Source: Candidatus Shapirobacteria bacterium
Lineage (GTDB): Bacteria; Patescibacteriota; Microgenomatia; UBA12405
DNA length: 64,000 nucleotides
Assembly (NCBI GenBank): GCA_016188545.1
Contig: JACPHO010000001.1
Location: forward strand, 90,774 to 154,773
Direction: 5' to 3'
Shown piece after piece: positions 19,396 through 29,750 of this stretch (within the stretch, counting starts at the first letter, position 1; each line of letters starts with the position of its first letter). Both the position numbers and the translations under genes were made by a program. Below the pieces are notes generated by a model. The model did no database searches, was not told the DNA's origin, and saw only the letters and a program-made list of their open reading frames with translations.

Positions 19396-20736
19396 ATGGC
19401 AACGGAACAAATAAGATACTACGATGTTTCCATAAATCAGAACATGTCACAGCTAACCGGACAGACTCTAGACACCGCAGAGCTAGTTGGCCGAAAAATT
19501 GCCGCGGACCCAATATTGTTTAAATCGAGAGGTTTAGTCGACCAAATCGGAAACTTTGACTTTGATCCAATTGGTATCAAAAAGTCTTCGCGGTGGGAAT
19601 CAGCTGTTGCCACGATGATATATGCAATTTCAGATCAAATACCAAACCGGGAAGAGATAAAAAGAGGAAGACAGATCATTGAAGTACTACCAAAAAGCAT
19701 AAAAGAGCAAATAAACAGAGAATTTATACTGGGTTTTCTGCCATACTTTTTAACTGGATTCAACTTCCACACTGGTGATCATTTTGTTGAAGATTCAAAT
19801 ACCGTCAAAGACGGCGCCACTTTTATTGAAGAGGTCCATGGAAAAACAGAAATACGCACAAGTTCACTGCTATGTGCACACCGTGAATCACATAAAGTCA
19901 AAGAGCTTTCTCTAAGAGATCATATACACACGACAAAAGCAGTAAGGGCACTTAATCTTTTTTTTGGTTTAGTAGGTAACAGCACCAGCCAAACATCAAT
20001 CATCGATTGGTATCAGCAATTTTCTACTAAAAGAGCATCATCAAACATATTTCCCGAAATTTTTATTGGCTATCTTAAGACCGGGAAAATTAGTGACCTC
20101 GTGAGGGTATTAGATTTACATCAAAGAGAACTCGAACAATTAATGGCTAATGCCACCAGAGTAGATACAAATATTTCACTAAAATCACTTGATCTCTTTA
20201 CAACCCAAGTGGAGACTTTTTTATCTGATAGATACGGTGTGGATTGGGCAAGTCACGAGAAACCCGGCCAGTCAGACGCACTGACTGATATAACAACAGG
20301 ATTCACCCTTCCAGAAGTAACTAGATTGATGCCGTTTTATGGACAATCTGCGGCGGAAATACGTACTCTTGAAGCCTATCGTCAAATAAATATTGATATG
20401 GCCGAAGATCAAAGAGAAAGCGATCTTGTAAAGCAGATATTTGATTGGTTTGTTCAAAACCAACGAATGACGAAATACAGTAAAGCTCTTTTTGAAACAG
20501 CTCAGTACTACTTATGGGGCTCTACTTCAGCCAGGGACGGTTTAGTTTGTCTAGGCATCGACCGTGACCACAGTAATTATCAGCGTCTAGCATTTCAACA
20601 AGGTTTTCTTGATACGCAAGGAACAACCAACGTTAAGAATGTTCCTTTGTTGTACGCCAGAAGACGGGACGCTGAAACGTCAAAAGGAATATTAAGTGAA
20701 ATATCGTTTAGACAGTTTTGGAGAGATACAAATTAG
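19396..20736 (+). CDS. Hypothetical protein (446 aa), first gene of the transketolase operon
   Basis: Long ORF with TTGATA/TATAAT upstream; ends 8 nt before the transketolase ATG. Confidence 0.75.
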   Translation: MATEQIRYYDVSINQNMSQLTGQTLDTAELVGRKIAADPILFKSRGLVDQIGNFDFDPIGIKKSSRWESAVATMIYAISDQIPNREEIKRGRQIIEVLPKSIKEQINREFILGFLPYFLTGFNFHTGDHFVEDSNTVKDGATFIEEVHGKTEIRTSSLLCAHRESHKVKELSLRDHIHTTKAVRALNLFFGLVGNSTSQTSIIDWYQQFSTKRASSNIFPEIFIGYLKTGKISDLVRVLDLHQRELEQLMANATRVDTNISLKSLDLFTTQVETFLSDRYGVDWASHEKPGQSDALTDITTGFTLPEVTRLMPFYGQSAAEIRTLEAYRQINIDMAEDQRESDLVKQIFDWFVQNQRMTKYSKALFETAQYYLWGSTSARDGLVCLGIDRDHSNYQRLAFQQGFLDTQGTTNVKNVPLLYARRRDAETSKGILSEISFRQFWRDTN

Positions 20737-20744
20737 AATCTAAT

Positions 20745-22676
20745 ATGCCAACAGAAAGACATCGTGATTCAGATAAACTAACAGCATTATCTTTAGAAAT
20801 TAGACGTTCAGTATTCCAAACAATTGTTGATGCTAAAAGCGGACACCTTGGGGGTAACTCTTCTTCAGTCGAGTTGCTGACATGTCTTTATTTTGGAGGA
20901 ATATTAAGGTTTGATCCAGCAAATCCAAAAGCTGAAAACAGAGACAGGGTCTTGATTAGGGGACACGAGGGCCCAGTCCGATATAAGATTTTTAGTTTAA
21001 TGGGCTTGTTTCCCGAGGAAGAGCTGAAAACATATCGGCAATTTGGGTCAATACTACAGGGTCATGAAGACATGCATACCACTCCCGGTGTCGATATAAC
21101 CCCATCTGGTTCTCTTGGAATGGGACTTTCATATGGCATCGGTTGCGCCATATCCGCCAAAGAAAAAGAGCTAGATTATAGAACATTCGTATTTTTAGGT
21201 GATGGAGAAGAACAAGAAGGAAATGTGAGTGAGGCGGCAAGACACGCAACTAGTGCTGGACTTAATAACCTTATCTGTATACTTGATAAAAACGACAAAC
21301 AATTATCTCGGCCGACTGTCGAATCTGACGGTGGTGCCGACGTAAAAACAATCTGGCGGGGTTATGGTTGGAACGTTATTGAGGTTGAAGATGGTCACGA
21401 CATTGAACAAGTAATGGCCGCTTATTCCAAGCTTGATTATATCCAAAAACCAACCCTTATCATCGCTCATACGATTAAAGGAAAAGGAATCCCTGGTGCT
21501 GAGGAGAATTACTGCGGTTTCCATACTCTTAGTGTTTGTCCACCAGAGTCAGCTCGGTTTGCATTAAATAATGCAACTCAGGAGGTTGAGGCTCGCCGTG
21601 CAGAAGTTGACGCAGTCACATTACACACCAAAGATATGGTTAGACGTCCAAACGTAGCTCCATTGATCACTACAGTGAGTGAGATACCCACCATTGAGGT
21701 TGAAGTTGATCCTAATGACAATCGTAATTTGGATAATTCGCAAGGATTTTATTTCGATAAGCTTAGGCAGGCAACTCGAAATGGAGAATCGATGAAATTA
21801 TACGTTTTGACCCCCGACTTTATTAGAAAAGATACTGTTGAACAGGTGTCATTTCATGAGTTCGCTAGATATATTGACGCAGGAATAAGGGAGCAACACA
21901 CAATTGCCATGGCCCATGGGATATCCATTACCGATCCGTCTGCTAGAATTTTTATCAATTTCGGCGATGCCTTTATTTATAGAGCTATGGATCAGCTTAA
22001 TGCAGCTGCCCAAGGAGGAAGTAGAATGTTAATAATCGGGGAACATAGTGGTCTAACACAGGAAAGAAATGGCAAAACTCATCAGACAAGTGGTCAACCA
22101 GGGGCCCTAGTCAATATGCCTGGTCTAACATTTAAAGAACCTGCCGATGTCCAAGATCTTTATAATGTCCTAAATTGGGCGTTCACTAATAATCCTGGAG
22201 TTATTTATGCCAGAATACACCGTAAAAACATCACTCAGCTATATAGAGAGGAAAAAGACAAACGTAATATTACCTCATACATAACTCACGATCCAGGTAA
22301 AAAACCAGGGCTTGTTATTGTTGGTAGTGGATTCACAACCCAAAACTCAGTCGAGGCTGCAAAAATACTGGAGTCAAAACATGGAATTCCGACTCGGGTT
22401 ATAAATGTTGTTGGGCCAGTAGAACTTGGTGATAACTTTGTTGGTCAAACTGAAGATGGTGTACCGCTTCTTACAGTCTATAATGGCAATAGAAGAGTAT
22501 TACAATCAATGGTGAGTCTGGCAATCATGGATTCAACCGTCGCCCGTCCCAGTGTAATAAAAAGTCATGGTTTTGACTATGGGACAACAGGAGGGATCAA
22601 AGACCTTGAGAAGCACTTCCAACTGGATAGTGAAGGTATAGTCCAAGTAGTTAGAAATTCGTTTTCGATTTCATGA
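20745..22676 (+). CDS. tkt: Transketolase (fused N and C domains)
   Basis: SGHLGG, LQGH, GSLGMGL, TPP motif GDGEEQEG..N, HTIKGKG, GIREQ, GKTHQ. Confidence 0.88.
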   Translation: MPTERHRDSDKLTALSLEIRRSVFQTIVDAKSGHLGGNSSSVELLTCLYFGGILRFDPANPKAENRDRVLIRGHEGPVRYKIFSLMGLFPEEELKTYRQFGSILQGHEDMHTTPGVDITPSGSLGMGLSYGIGCAISAKEKELDYRTFVFLGDGEEQEGNVSEAARHATSAGLNNLICILDKNDKQLSRPTVESDGGADVKTIWRGYGWNVIEVEDGHDIEQVMAAYSKLDYIQKPTLIIAHTIKGKGIPGAEENYCGFHTLSVCPPESARFALNNATQEVEARRAEVDAVTLHTKDMVRRPNVAPLITTVSEIPTIEVEVDPNDNRNLDNSQGFYFDKLRQATRNGESMKLYVLTPDFIRKDTVEQVSFHEFARYIDAGIREQHTIAMAHGISITDPSARIFINFGDAFIYRAMDQLNAAAQGGSRMLIIGEHSGLTQERNGKTHQTSGQPGALVNMPGLTFKEPADVQDLYNVLNWAFTNNPGVIYARIHRKNITQLYREEKDKRNITSYITHDPGKKPGLVIVGSGFTTQNSVEAAKILESKHGIPTRVINVVGPVELGDNFVGQTEDGVPLLTVYNGNRRVLQSMVSLAIMDSTVARPSVIKSHGFDYGTTGGIKDLEKHFQLDSEGIVQVVRNSFSIS

Positions 22677-23350
22677 AAAAAAGAATCCTTATGGTTGGAG
22701 GTTGCTCGAAAATTGCGTCACATTTTATTAAAAGACATCATCGTAAATTCATTATTGACATTACTACTCATTCCAGTGTTCCAACTGGATTACCAGATTC
22801 GGTTAATAATTTTTCATTAGACCTTTCCGAAAATAGTTCAATTAAAAAACTATCGAGACAATTAGTCAACTATCGCTATGACGGAATATTATTCTTTTCT
22901 GGCACATACTGGGCAGATGAATGTAGCAACCAAAAAAAACTAGAAGAATCAATAAAAGTAAATTTTTTGAGTAGCCTTGAGTTGTTGGATAGCCTTAAAT
23001 TAAATAATAGTTCTAAAATAATATTTTTTACAGATGAAGGTATTTCCCAACCCAAAAGAAACTATCTTTCATATTCATTTTCAAAAGCATTGCTACAAGA
23101 TTATATTAGGCTACTTGCAGTTAAATACTCGTCTACCTCTTCGGTAATTGGCATCGGATTGGGACCAACAGTAACAGATAAAACAGGACAAGATAAAGTC
23201 AAGTATTTTTCTAAAAGTCTAATCTCTGTAAAAAATCCGTGTTTGGGTTTAGTGAACTTAATTAATTTTATTATTGGCGAAGATAACTTTTACTCAACTG
23301 GAAGAATATTACCCTTTGATGGTGGTACATATATCCGAAGGACAAATTAA
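22673..23350 (+). CDS. Divergent short-chain dehydrogenase, pteridine reductase/FolM-like
   Basis: ILMVGGCSKIA, VNF, YSFSK (YxxxK), GLGP, TGRILPFDGG; adjacent to folE. Confidence 0.6.
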   Translation: MKKRILMVGGCSKIASHFIKRHHRKFIIDITTHSSVPTGLPDSVNNFSLDLSENSSIKKLSRQLVNYRYDGILFFSGTYWADECSNQKKLEESIKVNFLSSLELLDSLKLNNSSKIIFFTDEGISQPKRNYLSYSFSKALLQDYIRLLAVKYSSTSSVIGIGLGPTVTDKTGQDKVKYFSKSLISVKNPCLGLVNLINFIIGEDNFYSTGRILPFDGGTYIRRTN

Positions 23351-23351
23351 C

Positions 23352-23942
23352 TCAGCTTTTGTTGGTAGATAGCCTAGAATTTTCTATGTCCCTGAAAAAC
23401 TGGTCAATAAAGTCATTTCTATGAAGTAACTCCCCAGTTTTTATCGTGGTTTTTGTAACAAAGTCACTTTTTTTAACGCCTCTCATGCTCACACACAAAT
23501 GCTCTGCCCCCACATGAACAATAAGTCCCTTGGGATGCAAGTTTTTCTCTATTGATTCTGATAGTTGATTTGTTAAGTTCTCCTGAGTTTGTAGTCTTTT
23601 CGAGAAAGAATCAACTAGCCTAGCAAATTTAGATAAACCCAACACCTTTCCATTTGGAACATACCCAATGTGAACCTTCCCTTAAAATGGAATCATATGG
23701 TGTTCGCATAAACTATAGAAACTTATGTTTGCGACTGTAATTAGTTCGTGATAACCGTTGCTTTCAAACGTCTTAAATATTGAGACGATATCGTCGTTAT
23801 AACCAGAGAATAACTCCTTGTACATCTTTATTACCCGCTGGGGTGTCTCAACTAAACCCTCCCTCCCAGCATCTTCCCCAAGATAAGTAAGTAAGCCTTT
23901 TATCAAATCCGTTGCATATTTATCGTTTTTTTGCGTCTCCAT
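23352..23942 (-). pseudogene. folE: GTP cyclohydrolase I interrupted by an in-frame TAA
   Basis: [57 protein letters not shown]; TAA at 23682-23684, both halves in the same frame. Confidence 0.9.
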
Positions 23943-24229
23943 AGATTATATCTTTTACTTATTTGCGTAATTATACGATTATTATGCTCACAGTCAAGAT
24001 ATGAACATAAACTAACTTTGGTATATCAAATACATAGTTCCTCTCCCAACCAATTACGTAAACAAGTAAAGTTTCGGTATATATACCATATCTCTGAGTA
24101 TTAAGTAGTGAAAATAGGCATAAAGTTGCTATGTAGACTAGAATTTAGGTAAGTTTTAACCCATTCCTCTATCCGAGTACTATCCCAACGAGGGAGCACT
24201 TCGGCAAGCTCAGTGCAAGCTTGTCAAAA

Positions 24230-24532
24230 ATGAAAACAGAAAATTGGTATACATACATTCTTTTGTGCGATCAGAAAACTTCTTATGTCTGAATAACAAA
24301 TGATTTAAAAAGTCATATAAATAGTCATAAATCAAAACAAACATTTTTTACAAAAAAGTTTTCTGATATACGATTAGTATATTGCGAAAAATACGGAACC
24401 AACCATGAAGCTGCTCTTCGTGAAAAACAAATCAAAGGATGGAGCCGCACAAAAAAGCAAATGTTGATTGAAGGTAAACTAGGAATCAATCGCTACACTG
24501 AGTTTGACGAAATTCTTTCCCATTTAGATTGA
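24230..24532 (+). pseudogene. GIY-YIG (YhbQ-like) nuclease with an in-frame TGA
   Basis: MKTENWYTYILLCDQKTSYV*ITNDL...AALREKQIKGWSRTKKQMLI; TGA at 24290 replaces the YVG glycine. Confidence 0.8.
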
Positions 24533-24565
24533 ACCTTGTGAGTTTACTTCGAGCGAAGCCGAGAA

Positions 24566-24584
24566 GAATCCTCGAGGGGGAGCA
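24566..24584 (+). repeat. attR-like direct repeat of the tRNA-Asn 3' end
   Basis: GAATCCTCGAGGGGGAGCA versus GAATCTTCGAGGGGGAGCA at 18666-18684 (18/19 identical). Confidence 0.8.
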
Positions 24585-24619
24585 TTAAAAAAGTCCGACA
24601 AAAATGGCGGATTTTTTAA
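24585..24619. terminator. Intrinsic terminator, probably the displaced tRNA terminator
   Basis: TTAAAAAAGTCCG-loop-CGGATTTTTTAA directly after attR. Confidence 0.6.
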
Positions 24620-24751
24620 TGTCTTCTTCAGAATATCAGAATTACCAAAGGCAGTTGAGCTTGTACCTTTTTTCTTCCCCCTTCTCTATGATTGGCACAC
24701 CTAAATACCCCATGGTATTGACAAAATCGCAATATTAACCTATAATACGAA

Positions 24752-25699
24752 ATGCGTACCAAACTCGTCATGACTCTGGTGACTCGGGATGAAGACGATA
24801 TTCTCGAAAAAAACATTTGTTTTCACCTTAACCACGGAGTTGACTTTATTGTTGCTGTTAACAACGGTTCAAAGGACAGTACTCGCCACGTCTTGGAGAA
24901 ATACGCCAGAATTGGACTTCTGGCCTATAAAAACGTACCCGAGCATACCAAAGAACAAAGCCGTTGGGTTACAGATCTAGCCAATCTCGCTGTCAAAAAG
25001 TATCACGCTACTCATCTTATCCATGTTGACACCGATGAATTTTGGTTCCCAAAATCCGGCAACCTAAAGAATCATCTTCCTGTTAACCGGCAGGTTGGTC
25101 TTGTTCCCTCGTTAAATTATCTACCGCCTTCATTTGCACAAAAACTGTCTTTAAAACGCACCGTTGTTTCCCACCCTTACTCTCGCCATGCTCTTTTTCA
25201 AACCGATGAAAGTTATCGTTTCTTGCTATTTGCCCAACAACCCAAAGTTGCCACCACTAGCCATCACACCCACATAGCCCAAGGTAACCATTTGGTTATT
25301 AGCCCTGGACGTGTTAAGTATTTACCGATAAATGGAATCACTATCCACCATTTTCCCATCCGTTCTTTTGCCCAGTTCAAAACCAAGGTCAAAAATGGTG
25401 GTTCCGCCTACCTCAACCATCCTCATTCTAACCCGGGAATTGGATGGCATCAAAAAAGCTGGTACCACTATTTTCAACAAGGACTACTGCTCGATGTCTA
25501 CCATCAGCTAACCATTTCCGCTTCCGAAAAACGTCTACTTTTTAACAATGGCAATTTATCAAACATTCGACTACCCTTATCCATTCTATGCGCTCCGATA
25601 ATATTTACTCTCAAAAGATATTATCTCCGTCTTGTAGCTATTCGTTCACAATTTAATTCGTTCCGTCAAAAACTTGTACTAAACCCGGCTTTCGATTAA
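24752..25699 (+). CDS. Glycosyltransferase family 2-like protein
   Basis: RDEDDIL..FHLNHGVD..NNGSKD, HVDTDEFW, HFPIRSFAQF. Confidence 0.85.
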   Translation: MRTKLVMTLVTRDEDDILEKNICFHLNHGVDFIVAVNNGSKDSTRHVLEKYARIGLLAYKNVPEHTKEQSRWVTDLANLAVKKYHATHLIHVDTDEFWFPKSGNLKNHLPVNRQVGLVPSLNYLPPSFAQKLSLKRTVVSHPYSRHALFQTDESYRFLLFAQQPKVATTSHHTHIAQGNHLVISPGRVKYLPINGITIHHFPIRSFAQFKTKVKNGGSAYLNHPHSNPGIGWHQKSWYHYFQQGLLLDVYHQLTISASEKRLLFNNGNLSNIRLPLSILCAPIIFTLKRYYLRLVAIRSQFNSFRQKLVLNPAFD

Positions 25700-25827
25700 G
25701 TTAATACGCCGCCTTCCATATTTCACCTAACACTGGAAGCGTGCGCAATAGGACTTATTTTTAAACTAAAATAGGTCCTGATTTTTCGTACCATCATGGA
25801 CATTTGAACCTTTGGTAGAATTGACCA

Positions 25828-26949
25828 ATGACAATTGACTCAGTTAGTGAAAATCTTTTCAAAATTGCCTTGTATTTGGAAAAACTAATACCAGGCATGG
25901 TATCTGAGGTTTGGATTGACGATGATTTGTTAAATCATCTCAAAAATAACCTCCCGGACCAAAGTAATGTATTGGATTTAATTTGTCAAACAAAATCTCT
26001 CATTAGAGAGATTTTAGATGAGAAAAGAAAGCAATATCTGAAAGAAGTTCTACAAAGCCTGGAATTTCAAATAAATAGTGCAGATAAAAAACTTCCATAT
26101 GAGGTAATTTCCGAAAAAACATTTGGTTATAAAATCACCAGAGTTGGGGAAAAAGACATTCGGATAATTGAAGAAAAAATTAGAGATTTGGAAACCAAAA
26201 TTGGTCTCTCTCGCCAAGAAATCTATATTAAAAACTTGGTTAATCCAGAAGAGTACAAATCAGTTTTTGAGAAAAATATTCAAACAGTCAAAGATAAACT
26301 ACCCGCTAGTATATTGGATTTCCCAGATGGAGGTTTTCTCTTTGAAACTACAATCAATAAACCTTGGAGTGCTTTTAACTCTCATATTGCTCCCTTCAAA
26401 TCAAAATTGACTCTAAACACTGATTTACATTTCAATACCTATGACTTATTTCGTCTATCTTCACACGAAGCTTACGGTGGACACCATTCTGAGCTATCAA
26501 ATAAAGACAAGCTACTTGTAGAAAGAGGTTTTGGTGAGCATGGGTTAGTTATCAATCTCAGTCCCCAGACTTTTATAAGCGAAGCTATCGCTGAAGGGAT
26601 TTATATACTTCTCAAAATTGCTGATGAATCAAATCTTGAGGAACAACTAACTTGGTACTATAACCGGCTTACTTTTGCCCTACAAAATTTGGCTACATTT
26701 TTATATAACGATGACGGAAAAAGCGTTGAGGAGATAAGAAAGACGATTAGTGAATACTATATTTCTGATGCCACCGTTAACCTGATAGTCAACTTTTCTA
26801 CTGATCCGGTATTTGGTAAATACGCACCGGTCTATTATTCTGCCTTCAACTTCCTATCTGACCTCTTTCAAAAATCGTTAAACAAAAATGAACTAATAGA
26901 AACGTTATTTACAAAACCATGTACTCCAGAGCTGTTAACAAAAAAATAG
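25828..26949 (+). CDS. DUF885-like putative zinc metallopeptidase
   Basis: SHEAYGGHH (HExxxxH) plus downstream ISEAIAE. Confidence 0.6.
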   Translation: MTIDSVSENLFKIALYLEKLIPGMVSEVWIDDDLLNHLKNNLPDQSNVLDLICQTKSLIREILDEKRKQYLKEVLQSLEFQINSADKKLPYEVISEKTFGYKITRVGEKDIRIIEEKIRDLETKIGLSRQEIYIKNLVNPEEYKSVFEKNIQTVKDKLPASILDFPDGGFLFETTINKPWSAFNSHIAPFKSKLTLNTDLHFNTYDLFRLSSHEAYGGHHSELSNKDKLLVERGFGEHGLVINLSPQTFISEAIAEGIYILLKIADESNLEEQLTWYYNRLTFALQNLATFLYNDDGKSVEEIRKTISEYYISDATVNLIVNFSTDPVFGKYAPVYYSAFNFLSDLFQKSLNKNELIETLFTKPCTPELLTKK

Positions 26950-27161
26950 CTAGTCAATATCCACACGTCGCCTTCCCGATTTCCTCTAACGCTGGGGGCA
27001 CTAAAGTACAGAAACAACCACTAAATTTCACAAACGGACAACACAACAAATTAATATTCCCCAGATACATGTAAGGAATTGCGCATACAAACCTTACATC
27101 CCATATGCTGATGTTAGGTTTCATGAAAATTGTCAAAAGAGTTATACTTGTCTTGATTTAT

Positions 27162-28180
27162 ATGATTAAAAAACTACCAGACAATCAAATAGCTTTCTAT
27201 CAAACTCCTGACGGGTCGGTAAATATCGAAGTACTGTTTGCGGAAGAGAATATCTGGCTTACCCAGAAGAAGATGGCTGAGCTTTTCGATTGCTCGATAG
27301 ATAATATTTCGCTTCATTTGAAGAATATTTATCAAGAAAATGAGGTTTATCAAGAGTCAACTATCGAGGAATTCTCGGTAGTTCAAAAAGAGGGAGACAG
27401 AGAAGTTTCCCGAAAGGTTACTTTCTATAGTCTTGAGGCAATTATTGCTGTTGGTTACAGAGTCAGTTCTGAGCGGGGTGCACAGTTTCGCCAGTGGGCA
27501 ACCGGAATTTTGAAAAACTATATCCACAAAGGTTATGTCCTGGATACTAATCGGATGAAGTATGGTTCCCGCTTTAGCGCGAGGTATTTTGACGAGCTTT
27601 ACGAAGAAATTAAGGACATCCGTACCAGTGAACGGATGATCTATCAAAAAATCACTGATATTTATGCCACAGCAGTTGATTACTCGCCACAGGCGTATGA
27701 GAGTAAACAGTTTTTTGCGACTGTTCAAAATAAACTTCATTTTGCCATTACTGGTAAAACCGCCGCAGAAATCATAGTGGAACGTGTCAGCAAAATAGAA
27801 AAGAAAAAATGGGATTGACTTCCTGGAGGCGATCTCCAGAAGGCAAAATTATGCCAAGTGATGTTACAATCGCGAAAAATTATCTGGATAAAAAGGAGCT
27901 GGCTCATCTCAATAGCATCGGCAATATGTATTTGGATTACGCTGAGTTACAAGCCGCTCGTGGCAGAGCTATGACGATGAAAGATTGGGTAGAAAAACTT
28001 AACGCTTTTTTGAAGTTTAGTGAATACGAAATTTTAACCAATGCTGGAAAAATTAGTCATGAAGTGGCCGAGACCTTAGCATTAAAGGAATATGAGGTAT
28101 TTAAAAAAGAGCAGGACAAACACTACATTTCCGACTTTGACAAAGTGGTCAAAAAATTGCTCAAGAGCAAAAATAAATAA
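27162..28180 (+). pseudogene. RhuM-family protein, frameshifted near 27800
   Basis: IWLTQKKMAELF, YSLEAIIAVGYRV, FRQWAT, IRTSER, VQNKLH..TAAEI, then MGLTSW..IAKNYL in another frame. Confidence 0.85.
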
Positions 28181-28181
28181 C

Positions 28182-28928
28182 ATGAACCCGCCTGACTTTA
28201 CTCTCGATAAAATCAAGTTTGCGACAGATGGGCCGACGTTTGAAAAGGCCGTAGCTTTGTATGAAAGCGACAAGGTAACTCAAGTCGAAGAGGGTATCAG
28301 ATCGTATACGGCAGTTGTTAAGGGTACAAAACCATATCGAGTCTCAGTAGAAGCCAGACGATACGATTATGGCCATTGCACCTGCTATTTAGGAGCCAGT
28401 GGCACACTTTGTAAGCATATGGTTGCTTTGGCAATTTATGCGGTTCAAGACGGAAAGCCATTAACTGCCGATAATAAAAAGATAGTTCAAAATCCAGTTT
28501 GTAGTGGAAAGTTGGGTACTTTATCAGAGAATGAGTTACTTACTGTAAAACAGACGATTACCACTTCTTTGAAATACATCAAAGCTTACACTGGTCCGTC
28601 TCGTACCTGGTTTGTCTACCAAAATTCGCTCTCCGAAGGTTGCAACCGTTTATCTGCTGTAATCTCTGATTTACCCGTAAGTATCCAAACAACTGGATTG
28701 TTGGTTGATTTACTTTTAAGATTGGACAAGAAACTATGTACTGGCGGAGTTGATGACTCGGATGGTGAAGTGGGCGGGTTCATTGAGGAAGTGGTGGAGG
28801 TGTTGCAGGAATTTGTTAAGCTGGATCCGAGTTGCGTCACTGCTTTTGATAAGTTGAAAAATAGAGAAACATGTTTTGGCTGGGAGAAGCCGTTGCTGAA
28901 TCTTTTCAAAAATGCAAGAAGTGATTGA
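28182..28928 (+). CDS. SWIM zinc-finger protein
   Basis: CTC...LCKHMVA; C-terminal GGVDDSDG motif. Confidence 0.8.
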   Translation: MNPPDFTLDKIKFATDGPTFEKAVALYESDKVTQVEEGIRSYTAVVKGTKPYRVSVEARRYDYGHCTCYLGASGTLCKHMVALAIYAVQDGKPLTADNKKIVQNPVCSGKLGTLSENELLTVKQTITTSLKYIKAYTGPSRTWFVYQNSLSEGCNRLSAVISDLPVSIQTTGLLVDLLLRLDKKLCTGGVDDSDGEVGGFIEEVVEVLQEFVKLDPSCVTAFDKLKNRETCFGWEKPLLNLFKNARSD

Positions 28929-29135
28929 TTTCCTTGAGCGTATATTCTGGATATTCTAAGTAATTAATACAATCAATTGTTCGAAAGTCCTCCCATTTCT
29001 CGAGCCATAGTAGACAGTCCTCGTAAGTTCTTGATATAAAATCCTTGTAGTTGTGACCTGAGAATGTAATAAATTTACACTCAGAAGTCAAGGGAGCTTT
29101 TTTTGTTAGAGCCCGTCCTTGACACGTTTCCACAA

Positions 29136-29154
29136 ACTGTCTAATATTGACAGT
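29136..29154. promoter_or_regulatory. Inverted repeat over the abiE promoter (putative autorepression site)
   Basis: ACTGTC-N7-GACAGT between TTGACA (29119) and the ATG. Confidence 0.5.
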
Positions 29155-29156
29155 AT

Positions 29157-29747
29157 ATGGAATCGTATAGTTTAAGCCTATTGACTAAAAAGTTGCTGGA
29201 ATCCGGCCTGACTCTCGTAAATTCTCAAACTTTAAGAAGTCTCCTGGGAATAAAAAATGAAAGGACCTATTATCGCATAGTCAAAGACTTTATAAAAAAC
29301 AATGTCCTCATAAGTATTGAAAAGAATAAATATTCTATTACTGGTAAAAGTATAAATACTTTTGAAATAGCCAATTTTCTTTACCAACCTTCTTATGTGT
29401 CCCTTGAAACAGCTCTCAATCATTGGGGTGTTTTGTCCCAGTTTCCCTTCGAAATTACAAACATCACTTCCAAGAAAAGTGTCAAAAAAAATATTGATGG
29501 CAAAATATATAGCTACAATCATATAGCACCCAAGTATTTCGGTATGTTCACCAAAAAAAATAATATATTAATTGCCCTCCCTGAAAAAGCCCTCTTCGAT
29601 CAGCTCTATTTGGCCTCGAAAGGTCTTAAATCAATTAATTTTGATGAATACGACTTTAAGAAAATTAGCAAAAATATTTTTTTTGATATTTGTCATCAGT
29701 TAAAAGCCGATCAAAGCTTAATGAACTTAGTTAAAAACCTTAAATAA
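29157..29747 (+). CDS. Type IV TA antitoxin, AbiEi-like
   Basis: N-terminal winged helix; PSYVSLETALNHWG, ALPEKALFD. Confidence 0.85.
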   Translation: MESYSLSLLTKKLLESGLTLVNSQTLRSLLGIKNERTYYRIVKDFIKNNVLISIEKNKYSITGKSINTFEIANFLYQPSYVSLETALNHWGVLSQFPFEITNITSKKSVKKNIDGKIYSYNHIAPKYFGMFTKKNNILIALPEKALFDQLYLASKGLKSINFDEYDFKKISKNIFFDICHQLKADQSLMNLVKNLK

Positions 29748-29750
29748 TTT

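Larger units (their letters stand above)
18683..24584. mobile_element. tRNA-Asn-integrated genomic island remnant (no integrase)
   Basis: Bounded by the tRNA 3' end and its direct repeat at 24566-24584; cargo codon use is more A-rich than the core genes. Confidence 0.65.

Noticed and set aside
24290-24292. TGA at a conserved Gly, suggesting genetic code 25
   Set aside because: TGA terminates many genes here (e.g. 22676, 28928, 30518), no long gene has internal TGA, and GGA-to-TGA is a single substitution
28906-29133. 75-aa minus-strand ORF
   Set aside because: Overlaps the SWIM gene end and the abiE promoter and has no recognisable motif; may be a fragment
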